A program made the position numbers and the translations under genes. From assembly GCF_000143415.4 (NCBI RefSeq), contig NW_003314342.1, positions 782,173 to 846,172 on the forward strand: a DNA stretch of 64,000 nt, written 5' to 3'. Below are positions 25,634 to 36,375 of this stretch, piece by piece (positions within the stretch are counted from its first letter, which is position 1; every line of letters starts with the position of its first letter). The notes beneath the pieces were generated by a model. The model was not told the DNA's origin. It did no database searches and saw only the letters and a program-made list of their open reading frames with translations. The DNA comes from Selaginella moellendorffii. Taxonomy: Eukaryota > Plantae > Lycopodiophyta.

Positions 25634-26199
25634 GTGAGGGGACAAAAGTAATGGAAGTAGAGGTAAAAGTAGAGAGATGAAGAGGTACAGAAATGAAAGG
25701 AATGGATGAAATATAAAGAAGTATGAGACAAAAAGGAAAAGCCTCAAAGTCACACTTGGCATGATTATGATGCAACTAATCTATACCAAAGATGAGGTTA
25801 AAAGCTTAACTTAGCACCACCCACAATGATTGCAACCCAAGCTCGAGATCGCCCATACGCACAACTAAGTCTGCCTCATCCAGTGCACATGTATGTGTAC
25901 AGCCATTGCCATAAAGAATGAAAATTAACTCTATGGCACGATGCAAATGTAGACGGCAACGTGTGACAACGGGTCAAGCAATAGAAGATAAACTCAAACC
26001 TGTCTCAACTAACATGGAGAGAATAATAAAAGATTGCTTATTATAAAAACAAGCTTAGAAAGTAAACATTGGATGAATTGGTGTCGAGTGAACCCCTTGA
26101 TAATACTCCCAAAAGAAAGATAAAGGGGTCACTAACTTATTCGTGCAAAGTCCTTCAATTACTCATGCGATTCTTTGTTTTCTGGATGCATCTCGGTGT

Positions 26200-26920
26200 C
26201 TAGACCTTCCACTGCAACAACACTAACAGGACGTTGTTGATGCCAAGATCTCCACCCAAGAAATGGTGGCCGCCAATTTGGAAAACACCGATAACACTAA
26301 TAAGTGTGATCAACTTCATCACACGCCCAACAACAAATATCACGGCCATGACTACGGCTTTGCCCTTGTCCTTGGACTCGAGCAGCAACAACATCAGCCT
26401 CCATTGGAATAGGATCATCACCTATAGGAAGTGGAGTTAAAGGACGTGTAGCGAGAAGTGGAAGAGGATATTTCATAACGTTGTGCCAAGCGAAGAGCAT
26501 TGTCAAAGGTGGCAGGAGCAAGTGCATGCACAAGTTTGACAAGATTTTGACAAAGTGCTGGCCACAACATTCCTAATTTGATTCGCTCCGACATATTTGG
26601 CTTTACATGAAGCAAAAGGCTTCGGAAATGAACGCCAAATTGCATCACCGACTCAGATGGCCTTTGATGAAAACAATGCAATTGTTGGAAGGTATCATCG
26701 CAATCGTCAACATATCCGAATGCACGTTTGAAGACGTCCGGAAGAATACTCCAATCCTCACGAGTGACTGTGTTCAAACCATTGTACCATTGTAATGCCG
26801 TCCCTTGGAGACACATGGGAAACTCACGCAAACGTTGAGCATCATCCCAAAAATGATATGTGGCAATCACTATAAAGTGATCGAACCAATGGTACACATC
26901 ATCCCTAGGATTCCTGCAAA
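26200..26920 (-). mobile_element. Retrotransposon gag remnant of the host gypsy element
   Basis: LQGTALQWY...W...FKRAF...Q..SESVMQF...F (Retrotrans_gag-like), PIPME, and a degenerate zinc knuckle CWACDEVDH. Continues upstream at 41626-42173. Confidence 0.8.
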
Positions 26921-27459
26921 AAATTCCACGGTGATAGTATATCCAAATCTCATCCCATGATCACATGCGCTACACTCACCCCCCCTTTTGTGTAGACCAG
27001 CTAAAATTCCACGGTGATAGTATATCCAAATCTCATCCCATGATCACGGTGGATACCTTCGTCCGTGGATACTCCACACAAGAGGAAGGACATACGCATG
27101 GATGCCCAATACGTACGATTTCAAATTTAGGGGTAGGAATATACCTTGCTCAAGGGTATATTATACTTTTAAGTAACCACTAATCAATGGGAATCGAACC
27201 CATGCCATTTACTCCGATACCAACTTGTGAGACACAAAATCCCTGGGCCCCAAAGTGGAGCCGGAAGGGTGCCACGTGGTAGTGGCCGAAGCGAGAGCCA
27301 AACGAGCGTAACACGTTTGGACCAAAAGCTCCGACTTGAAAAGTCAAGAGCGGGAGTGGAACTCCCAACGAAGTGCTCGAGGAATGAGCATGAAACGAGC
27401 CATAGGCGAGGCTCCAAATAGGGACCCAAAAGGACCAACACATGACACGTGGAAGTGTC

Positions 27460-27900
27460 TGAGATGGAGTCCGAGGCGGACCCAAAGTGGAGTCCGAGAT
27501 GGAGTCCAAGATGGACCCGAGATGGAGTCTGAGATGGAGTCCGAGATGGACCCGAGATGGACCCGAGATGGGATCCGAGATGGACCCGAGATGGACCCGA
27601 GATGGAGTCCGAGAAGGACCCGAGATGGAGTCCGAGGTGGAGTCCGAGATGGAGTCCGAGATGGACCCGAGATGGAGTCCAAGCTGGAGTCCGAGATGGA
27701 CCCGCGATGGAGTCCGAGATGGACCCGAGATGGAGTCCAAAGTCGAGACCGGGACCAAGACCGAGACCAGGACCGAGACCGAGACCGAGACCGGGACCGA
27801 GACCGAGACCGAGGCCGAGGCCGAGTCCGAGTCCGAGTCCGAATCCGAGTCCGAGTCCGAGTTCGAGTCCGAGTCCGAGTCCGAGTCCGAGTCCGGAGCC
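27460..27900. repeat. Compound minisatellite in 5' LTR (GAGATGGACCC / GAGATGGAGTCC, then GAGACC / GAGTCC hexamers)
   Basis: 11/12-mer and 6-mer tandem units directly visible. Confidence 0.92.
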
Positions 27901-30900
27901 TGAGAGGGTGAAAGCCCAAAGCGTTCGTCTCCCAGACCCTGGGGGGTTTGGTGAGCTCCAAAAGTATAGAAGGGGGAGGACTGCAGTGGAGCCAGTTTGG
28001 CCAGGAAAGGCCAGTTTGGCCCAGGAAGGCCGGACCCAGTGTTGGGTGATGAGCTGCCCACTGGGAAGTCCAAGACTAGAGTGAACACAGACCGACAAGC
28101 GGGGTAGCTTAGTGAAGTGTTCAAGAGCCGGCTCTAGTTCCCCCGGGAGATCGACTGGCCGATGCTCCCAGTCCAAGTGTGGGTGGCACTACCTACTTGG
28201 ATACCAGGCGTGGCTCAACGGAACCTCGCTCTAAGCCCATGGCTAGAGCACCTAAAGGCGATAGGTGGGGAGAGTACCCAGGTGGCTCACGTAAGGCCAC
28301 GGTGTTCCGAAATGTTGTCCCAAAGGCCCAGACTGTGGAAAGGAAGAGGAGCAGTCCTCTGGGGTAGTGACCAAGGACACAGTCGTGTGGTGAGGAAGTC
28401 CCAGAGGACCGTGGGACTTAGTGGTCGGGCCTGTGGGTCTCGATCCAGTGGCAGTGTTGGCAAACACGGCCAAGGGCAGAAAGGGACTTAGTGGGGACTG
28501 ACAGAGGGATATTGGGGAAGGCTAATCCCCATGTCAGTGGGCATCCTAAGGATGCTAAGGAGTGGATCTGGGATGATCACTCATGGATGGATGGCCCAGT
28601 CTTTGAGTGACGGGACTGGGATGCAGGTGCTGTCAGACCATCGGTGTGACCAAGGTGAATGGGCATGGCCTTAGCGTAACGGGCCGGTACGTCGGTGGTA
28701 CCTTGGGGTGTCGATCATGGGATCGGACACGTGGAGCACTTGGACCAAGTGCTAAGGTTAAGTGGCATGGATGCCATTCTCGGGGCTGGCAAGCCCCAAG
28801 TTCTGAGTTGGACTTATGGAGGTTGTGAATGAGACTCCTCCAAGTGGTTGAAGGTGTGGTTAAGTGACTAAAGTGAAATGGAAAAATTAGTCGCTTACAA
28901 TTTGGTATCGGAGCTGTTCCTTAGTCCGACTTTTATTGGTGCTCAAGTATATCATCACTGGTGTTGGCAACGGAAGGTCCGAGAAGTGGGCCTATCCTTG
29001 AGGAGTAGCAGGTCGGGAAGACATGGCTCTCCATTACAGTTCATGTGTGAACTTGTAGACAAGGTGGTGGATAGAAAATGGGCCAATAATGGAACGACTT
29101 TGGGATCTTGGGAACAGTGCAAGGTTTTCCTCATTGAGTTGAGGAGGTGATCCAGATGAGCGTTTGACTCAGCAAATGGGCCAATGTAGTTGTGGTAAAC
29201 AACTAAAGTTGGGATCACAGGAAAGATAAAGACTCCAAAGCAATAAGGGAGTCACAAGATTATCCTCATATAGTTGAGGTTGGTGCTCATGAATGTGAGA
29301 CCAAAAGTAATAACCATAGGAGGTCAAATACGGAAAAGGACTCAAGTCCTTGAAATGGTAGCCGGGGCTACCTTTAATAAATGCTGGAACAACCCAAGGA
29401 GTTGGGGGGTGTACTTAGAGATGAGTTGGTATTCTCATCACATGGACAAGTAGTCCTAAGGGGCAGAGGTTGCCCCAGAGAACAAAAACAAGTGTCAGAG
29501 TAACATTTGTGAAAATAGTCCTTCTGAGTAGGACAGGAATGCAGGAAGTGTATTCCAGTGAGCTAGTGCCTCACAAGTGGGACCTTACGGGTCTGTGGAT
29601 GAACCAAGTCCAAAACTGCTGGATGACTCAAATAGAGTCAAGGAAAGGTCCTAAAGGGACTGATTGAAGCATTTGGACTGAGGTGTGTTGTACCCCATGA
29701 AGGATGGGGGGGGGGGGATCATAGGATCCAAGGATGAGAATAGAGGGTATCTCATCAATGGCAAAATGTGCCATGCTAAAGTTATGGGAAAGGTGTTCCC
29801 AGAAGAAAACAACTTTGACACAAAGTTGTGTGTGACCTCTATGGTGCAGTGCTAACAGATGGTTGGCATGAGAAACAGCGGTGTTAGTCTTGGCAAAGAC
29901 TTAAACACGAAGGGGAAGTGTCATAGAGGTAGGCTCGTGTAGCCGATGGTGTGGAGACACCAAATGTGCCAAGGTGTGATACCTTGAGGCTATGTTGGTG
30001 GGTTCATGAGAACCCCTTGCCAAAGGAATCCCAATGGAAATGGGAATGGCATAGCCTAAGCTGCAGAGCATGCAGTTGGAGTGTGGTGACCCAGATAATG
30101 ATGGAGGTGTGAAAGCACCAAGCAATGAGTTGTAAGACTTGACAAATATGAGGCAACTAAGCAAGAGGTGCAAAATAACTGGTTAAACGGGTAGAAGGTA
30201 GCTACCCAAGACTTCTAGCATAGGGAAGTCGGATATACCCTTACGGGGGATAAGTTGCTTACGTTGCGATATAGTAAGTCAATGTCATAAAAGGAAATAC
30301 TCATTGTCAAGAAAGCCATCATTGGGACACCCGAACACTCTAGAACACCAGAAAGTGGTGTTTAATGGCGCGAGGGCAATGGATAAAGCCCAAGGGACTA
30401 AGTCCCTAGCGAATGATGGATAGAAGGTGCTATCCAAATGTCCAAGGTTGCGGAGACAGGAGAGGATTGTCTACCCAAGTTGGACAAAGCCAAGAATGGA
30501 ATTTTGGCAAGGCTAGTGATGGGCATGTAAAGACCCATAAGCAACAATATAATCCCAGTGTGTGGGATTATAAGGTGAGTATACCCGGATTGAGGAACCA
30601 CTCCCTGGGCTATTGGGTAGGTTCATCCCTAAGAATACTTGCTAAGGCATGATAGAAAGTGCAAAGCTATCCTCCTAGTCTGGAGGAGAATGACCGAAGG
30701 GAAGGTGTGAAGCCAAAAGCAAGAAGTAAGGGGATAGAACCGAACCACAGGAATTGACGGGCATAACCAAGGTTGGTTATGCCAGCTGGGAGTGGAGAAT
30801 CAAGTGGGGGCTCGAGGGTGTTGCCGCTAGCAACCGTGATGCCATGGAGAGTCTAAAATATGGAATTGTCCATGTTAGACTATGTGGCAATTGGAAAGCT

Positions 30901-33239
30901 TGCAAGAAGGGAGGCCTTGGCAAGCTGAGGGACAGAGTTCCTTCAAGGTTCCCAAACACGATTCTAGGTAGCTTAGTACCTAGAAAGGCCAAGTGTAAAT
31001 GGTTCATGGAACGCGCAAAATCAGAGTGGCGCAGCAGAAGCGTAGTCTTGAAGCTTGCCATGAGGCGAGGCTAGCAAGATTAGGGAAGTAGTTCCCGAGT
31101 GTTCAAAGAGAGGGCTTTGAACGAAAGTCGATGGTTAAGGACTTTCACGCTTATACAGGAACCATGTTACAATGGTCGGAGGACTTGCCAAGTGAGATTG
31201 GCACGTCGGGGGAACAAAGACCCTAGTTGAAAGTGATAACTTCAAAAAGGGTGGGCCATGGGGCCGAGCATGGAGGAGTCCATGCATGATCACAGACATG
31301 TCAAGTGAGAGGACTTGGCAGTGTGGAGGAACTAGGTTCCTAAGCTGTGATCTATAGCGCGCTTTAAAAATAGGTTGGTGCACCGGCGTGGGGAGTCACG
31401 CCAGGCATCTTGTGTGATGCCGTCCGTAGATGCATATACGGAGGTTGGGTTCGAGTCCCGACCCTCTAGTGCTTGGGTTCAAGTCCCAAATCACTAGGGC
31501 GTGGTGATGGTTTGGAATATGAGGACACTCATATTTCGGTGGTCATGGACTCTCAGTGGGGAGACTGGTTTGGGCACACCGCCAAGCGAGGGATGCCTCG
31601 GAGTCGTGATGCACGGTTAGATTGCTTAGTGTGAAAGCTCGGCATATCTAACTTGAACACTTTGGTGCACGTGGCACCAAGGACGTGGTGAGTGAGATGG
31701 GGACACCTAATCTCAGTTGCTATGGACCCTTGGCCGGAAGGGCTGGCTTGGGCGCACCGCCAAGTGTGGGGGATGCCCCCGGGGTCGTAGTTAACAAGTT
31801 AAAGGTCTGGAAGACCTAGAACCTATTGGCAAACCTGTTAAGGTGCCAAGGTGACATCACTAGGTGATCTTGTGGCTAAATAAGGATAAGGTCCTTGTTT
31901 GGGCTAAGGAATAAGGTTCCTAGTTCAAAGTGTTGATTTGAACTATTGATGATGGTGTGGCTTGGTCAAGGTGACCAAGTGGGAAAAGCATCTTAGGGAA
32001 ATGAGCTATGTCATTGCGATGGCATAGTGTGTCCAAGGAAAGTAGTCTCTAAAGAGACCCATAGGACGGTCACAAAGTTGGGCTGTGGATAGAGCCCACT
32101 GCAGAAGATGCTAAAGAGACTTACTAGGGGTGAACACTCTAGTCTTGGCAAAGCAGAGCCTTTGCTAGGGAATCAAAAGAATACCTCAAGGAGGGAGGTA
32201 GAGATTCAGTGTTGCTTGGTGCAACAATCAACGGATAGGAGCAAAAGATGAGTGGCCAAGATAGGGCCGTGGAATCCCTTGGAAGGAATCCAAGTGGCAA
32301 AGTTAGGCGAGGAACACTAATGTGTTGGACGCTAAACAATTGTGGGAAAGGAAGCGAGTTTCCAAGGATGGATTCCGAATTGCTCCGGTTTGGCGAAAGG
32401 GGAAGCTCCGAGGGAGGGAGCGGTAAAGTAGCCAAATGATAGGGCCATGGACAGCCCTAGCACAAAGTATGATAACTGGAACTTAGTGCCCAAGGTGGCA
32501 CGAAATAAAAGAGAGGATGATGGTGCCCTCAAGTAGAGAACTTCCTAGGATGAGGGAGTGAAGTTGCACAATATGTGCAATGCAAGGTGTTGGAGACACC
32601 TAGGGAATTGACTTCCAGAAGTCAAAGAGTAAAAGTTCCAAGGTGCAAACGTTCAATCAATGGAAATTGAGACTACTCGAGAAGGAGTAGTGGTATTGAC
32701 TTAGAGAAGGTTCTCTAAGAGGTTTAGCAAGAACTAAATCAATAAAAGGAGAGAACCACTGCATGTGGTCTAATCAGTCTCTAAGTTGGAGAGACTACCC
32801 TCCTTAGAGGATGGGAAAGGCATGGAGAGCCTTTGGTGTCAAACCATTGACGAGTATGGAGAAGGCATGGTGAGCCTTCAATGTCAAACCATTGACGAAT
32901 ATTGGCTAGGTGCCAAGGATGGAAATGGTAACACATGCGGGTGTTACTTTATAAAATGGTTTACCGTTCGATGAGGACATCGAACTTCGTCTATGGGTGG
33001 TGGAGTTGTGAGACACAAAATCCCTGGGCCCCAAAGTGGAGCCGGAAGGGTGCCACGTGGTAGTGGCCGAAGCGAGAGCCAAACGAGCGTAACACGTTTG
33101 GACCAAAAGCTCCGACTTGAAAAGTCAAGAGCGGGAGTGGAACTCCCAACGAAGTGCTCGAGGAATGAGCACGAAACGAGCCATAGGCGAGGCTCCAAAA
33201 AGGGACCCAAAAGGACCAACACATGACACGTGGAAGTGT

Positions 33240-33662
33240 CTGAGATGGAGTCCGAGGCGGACCCAAAGTGGAGTCCGAGATGGAGTCCGAGATGGACCCG
33301 AGATGGACCCGAGATGGGATCCGAGATGGACCCGAGATGGACCCGAGATGGAGTCCGAGAAGGACCCGAGATGGAGTCCGAGGTGGAGTCCGAGATGGAG
33401 TCCGAGATGGACCCGAGATGGAGTCCGAGCTGGAGACCGAGATGGACCCGAGATGGAGTCCGAGATGGACCCGAGATGGAGTCCGAGATGGACCCGAGAT
33501 GGAGTCCGAAGTCGAGACCGGGACCAAGACCGAGACCAGGACCGAGACCGAGACCGAGATTGGGACCGAGACCGAGACCGAGGCCGAGGCCGAGTCCGAG
33601 TCCGAGTCCGAATCCGAGTCCGATTCCGAGTTCGAGTCCGAGTCCGAGTCCGAGTCCGGAGC
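33240..33662. repeat. Same compound minisatellite in 3' LTR
   Basis: Same units with a different unit order and number. Confidence 0.92.
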
Positions 33663-35403
33663 CTGAGAGGGTGAAAGCCCAAAGCGTTCGTCTCCCAGAC
33701 CCTGGGGGGTTTGGTGAGCTCCAAAAGTATAGAAGGGGGAGGACTGCAGTGGAGCCAGTTTGGCCAGGAAAGGCCAGTTTGGCCCAGGAAGGCCGGACCC
33801 AGTGTTGGGTGATGAGCTGCCCACTGGGAAGTCCAAGACTAGAGTGAACACAGACCGACAAGCGGGGTAGCTTAGTGAAGTGTTCAAGAGCCGGCTCTAG
33901 TTCCCCCGGGAGATCGACTGGCCGATGCTCCCAGTCTAAGTGTGGGTGGCACTACCTACTTGGATACCAGGCGTGGCTCAACGGAACCTCGCTCTAAGCC
34001 CATGGCTAGAGCACCTAAAGGCGATAGGTGGGGAGAGTACCCAGGTGGCTCACGTAAGGCCACGGTGTTCCGAAATGTTGTCCCAAAGGCCCAGACTGTG
34101 GAAAGGAAGAGGAGCAGTCCTCTGGGGTAGTGACCAAGGACACAGTCGTGTGGTGAGGAAGTCCCAGAGGACCATGGGACTTAGTGGTCGGGCCTGTGGG
34201 TCTCGATCCAGTGGCAGTGTTGGCAAACACGGCCAAGGGTAGAAAGGGACTTAGTGGGGACTGACAGAGGGATATTGGGGAAGGCTAATCCCCATGTCAG
34301 TGGGCATCCTAAGGATGCTAAGGAGTGGATCTGGGATAATCACTCATGGATGGATGGCCCAGTCTTTGAGTGACGGGACTGGGATGCAGGTGCTGTCAGA
34401 CCATCGGTGTGACCAAGGTGAATGGGCATGGCCTTAGCGTAATGGGCCGGTACGTCGGTGGTACCTTGGGGTGTCGATCATGGGATCGGACACGTGGAGC
34501 ACTTGGACCAAGTGCTAAGGTTGAGTGGCATGGATGCCATTCTCGGGGCTGGCAAGCCCCAAGTTCTGAGTTGGACTTATGGAGGTTGTGAATGAGACTC
34601 CTCCAAGTGGTCGAAGGTGTGGTTAAGTGACTAAAGTGAAATGGAAAAATTAGTCGCTTACACAATTGTAAACCTTATCTCTCTCCCCTTAAGCCAACTG
34701 GAAAAGGGGCAATTGCTTAATGAGAGAGCCTTTAGTGGCCATTTATCCCAATACGTACGATTTCAAATTTAGGGGTAGGAATATACCTTGCTCAAGGGTA
34801 TATTATACTTTTAAGTAGCCACTAATAAATGGGAATCGAACCCATGCCATTTACTCCGATACCAACTGTAACGCACTTTATCTCTCTCCCCTTAAGCCAA
34901 CTGGAAAAGGGGCAATTGCTTGATGAGAGAGCACCTTATCTCTTGTCAGGAATCCCCCAATTCTTGCCACATTCCTGACTCTCGCCGGATTCCTGACCTG
35001 CAGACCACATTCCTGACTCTCGAGACACTTCCCTATTCCTGACTCTCGAGACACTTCCCGATTCCTGAGTCTCGAGCCACATTCCTGATGATGATGTGGC
35101 GCCTCCTTGACCTCAACTATATTTAGGCCATCCTCGATCCAAGAGTGGTGGAGCTTCATCAACCTATAGTATATATATGTTAGCCTTGTTCTATTTCTCC
35201 ACAATCGGAATCAACGCCAGTCTAAGGCCTCTTTTTTGTTTCCACTAGCTTTTTTCTTTGTCTTTTTGCATTTTCCAGTCTTGATCTTGTCAGGGGTCTT
35301 GACAGTTTGATTCAGATTGTGTTTTTTCGTTTTTTGATTTAGCTCGTTTTGATTGCTTGATTACCTTTGCCTTTTTTTGCCCCTTTTTTCTTTCTTCTTG
35401 CCA

Positions 35404-36375
35404 ATGGAGTCTCCAAGCCATCCTGATTTCTTTGCTGAAGTCCTTGCAAAAATCCAGTCTGAGAATACTGAGCTGAAGGCAACCCTTCTTTGCATGCAGC
35501 AGGAGCTTGCTTCACTTTCGGCTCAAGGATCCAGCAAAGTTCCTGAACCGAAGGTGAGCTTCCCGGCGAAATTTTCAGGCAAGTGTTCGGAGCTTTGCGG
35601 ATTCCTGAACCAGATGGAGTTGATCTTCGCACTTCAACATCGGCGGTACCCTACTCCCGAGTCTCAAATCGGCGCGATTGGGACGTTGCTTGAAGGTGCA
35701 GCTTTGTCATGGTTTTCTCCTCTTCTAGAGAAGAGCATGAAAGGGGTCGTGGTTCCAGAGCTGATGGATCTTCAATTGTTCAAAGAGAAGCTCGAAGCAT
35801 GTTTTGGCGAGACGGATCGGGTTCGGGCTGCTACCACAAAGATGAGACGTCTCTCTCAGGGGTCTCGTCCTGCCTCGATCTATGCTGCAGAGTTCCAACT
35901 CCTTGCTTTGGACACTCAGTGGGATGAGTGGGCCCTGATTGACCAATTTCGTTTCGGCCTCAACAACGGTGTCAAGGATTTGTTGCTCACCATGGAGGAT
36001 CCCAAGGACCTGTCGGATGCCATCAACAAAGCTGTTCGATGTGACAATCCTCTCTTTGAACGTCGTCAGGAAAGTCGCCGCGCCGCTGTTTTTCCGTCCC
36101 AGACTCAAGAATCCTAGCTTGAGTCTTTGGGGCATACTCCTGAACCTACTGCTCCGGTTCCGATGGATATTTCTGGTACTCCCTGACTCATTAGAGGGAA
36201 GTTGAGTCCTGCTGAGAAGCAACGTCGAATATCTCATAATCTTTGCCTCTATTGTGCTGATCCTAATCACAAAGCAGCTGTATGTCCCAAGAAGCCTCCT
36301 CGACTGCTCGAGTTCACTCTGCCTCAAAGTCCACCTCTATTGCAGTCGGGAAACGACCCTGTCCAAACAGAGTAG
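35404..36375 (+). pseudogene. gag: Chromovirus gag (two premature stops), CCHC zinc knuckle
   Basis: PEPKVSFPAKFSG, LLEGAALSWF, LSQGSRPASIYAAEF, CLYCADPNHKAAVC. Internal TAG at 36115 and TGA at 36184. Confidence 0.85.

Larger units (their letters stand above)
27226..34662 (+). mobile_element. Non-autonomous LARD-like LTR retrotransposon, 7.4 kb
   Basis: LTRs 27226-28899 and 33007-34662 (TG...CA). PBS TGGTATCGGAGC at 28903-28914. PPT ATGGGTGGTGGAG at 32993-33005. TSD CAACT/CAATT. No intact ORF inside. Confidence 0.9.

Noticed and set aside
27460-27900. CRISPR-like repeat array
   Set aside because: Contiguous 6-12-bp units with no unique spacers, no cas genes, eukaryotic LTR context.
27180-28176. 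Long overlapping ORFs (up to 330 aa) on both strands, also at 32944-33887
   Set aside because: By-product of stop-free tandem repeats in the LTRs; low-complexity translations in several frames at once.
31423-31499. tRNA gene
   Set aside because: T-loop-like motifs are present but there is no acceptor stem or cloverleaf; reported as a hairpin array instead.
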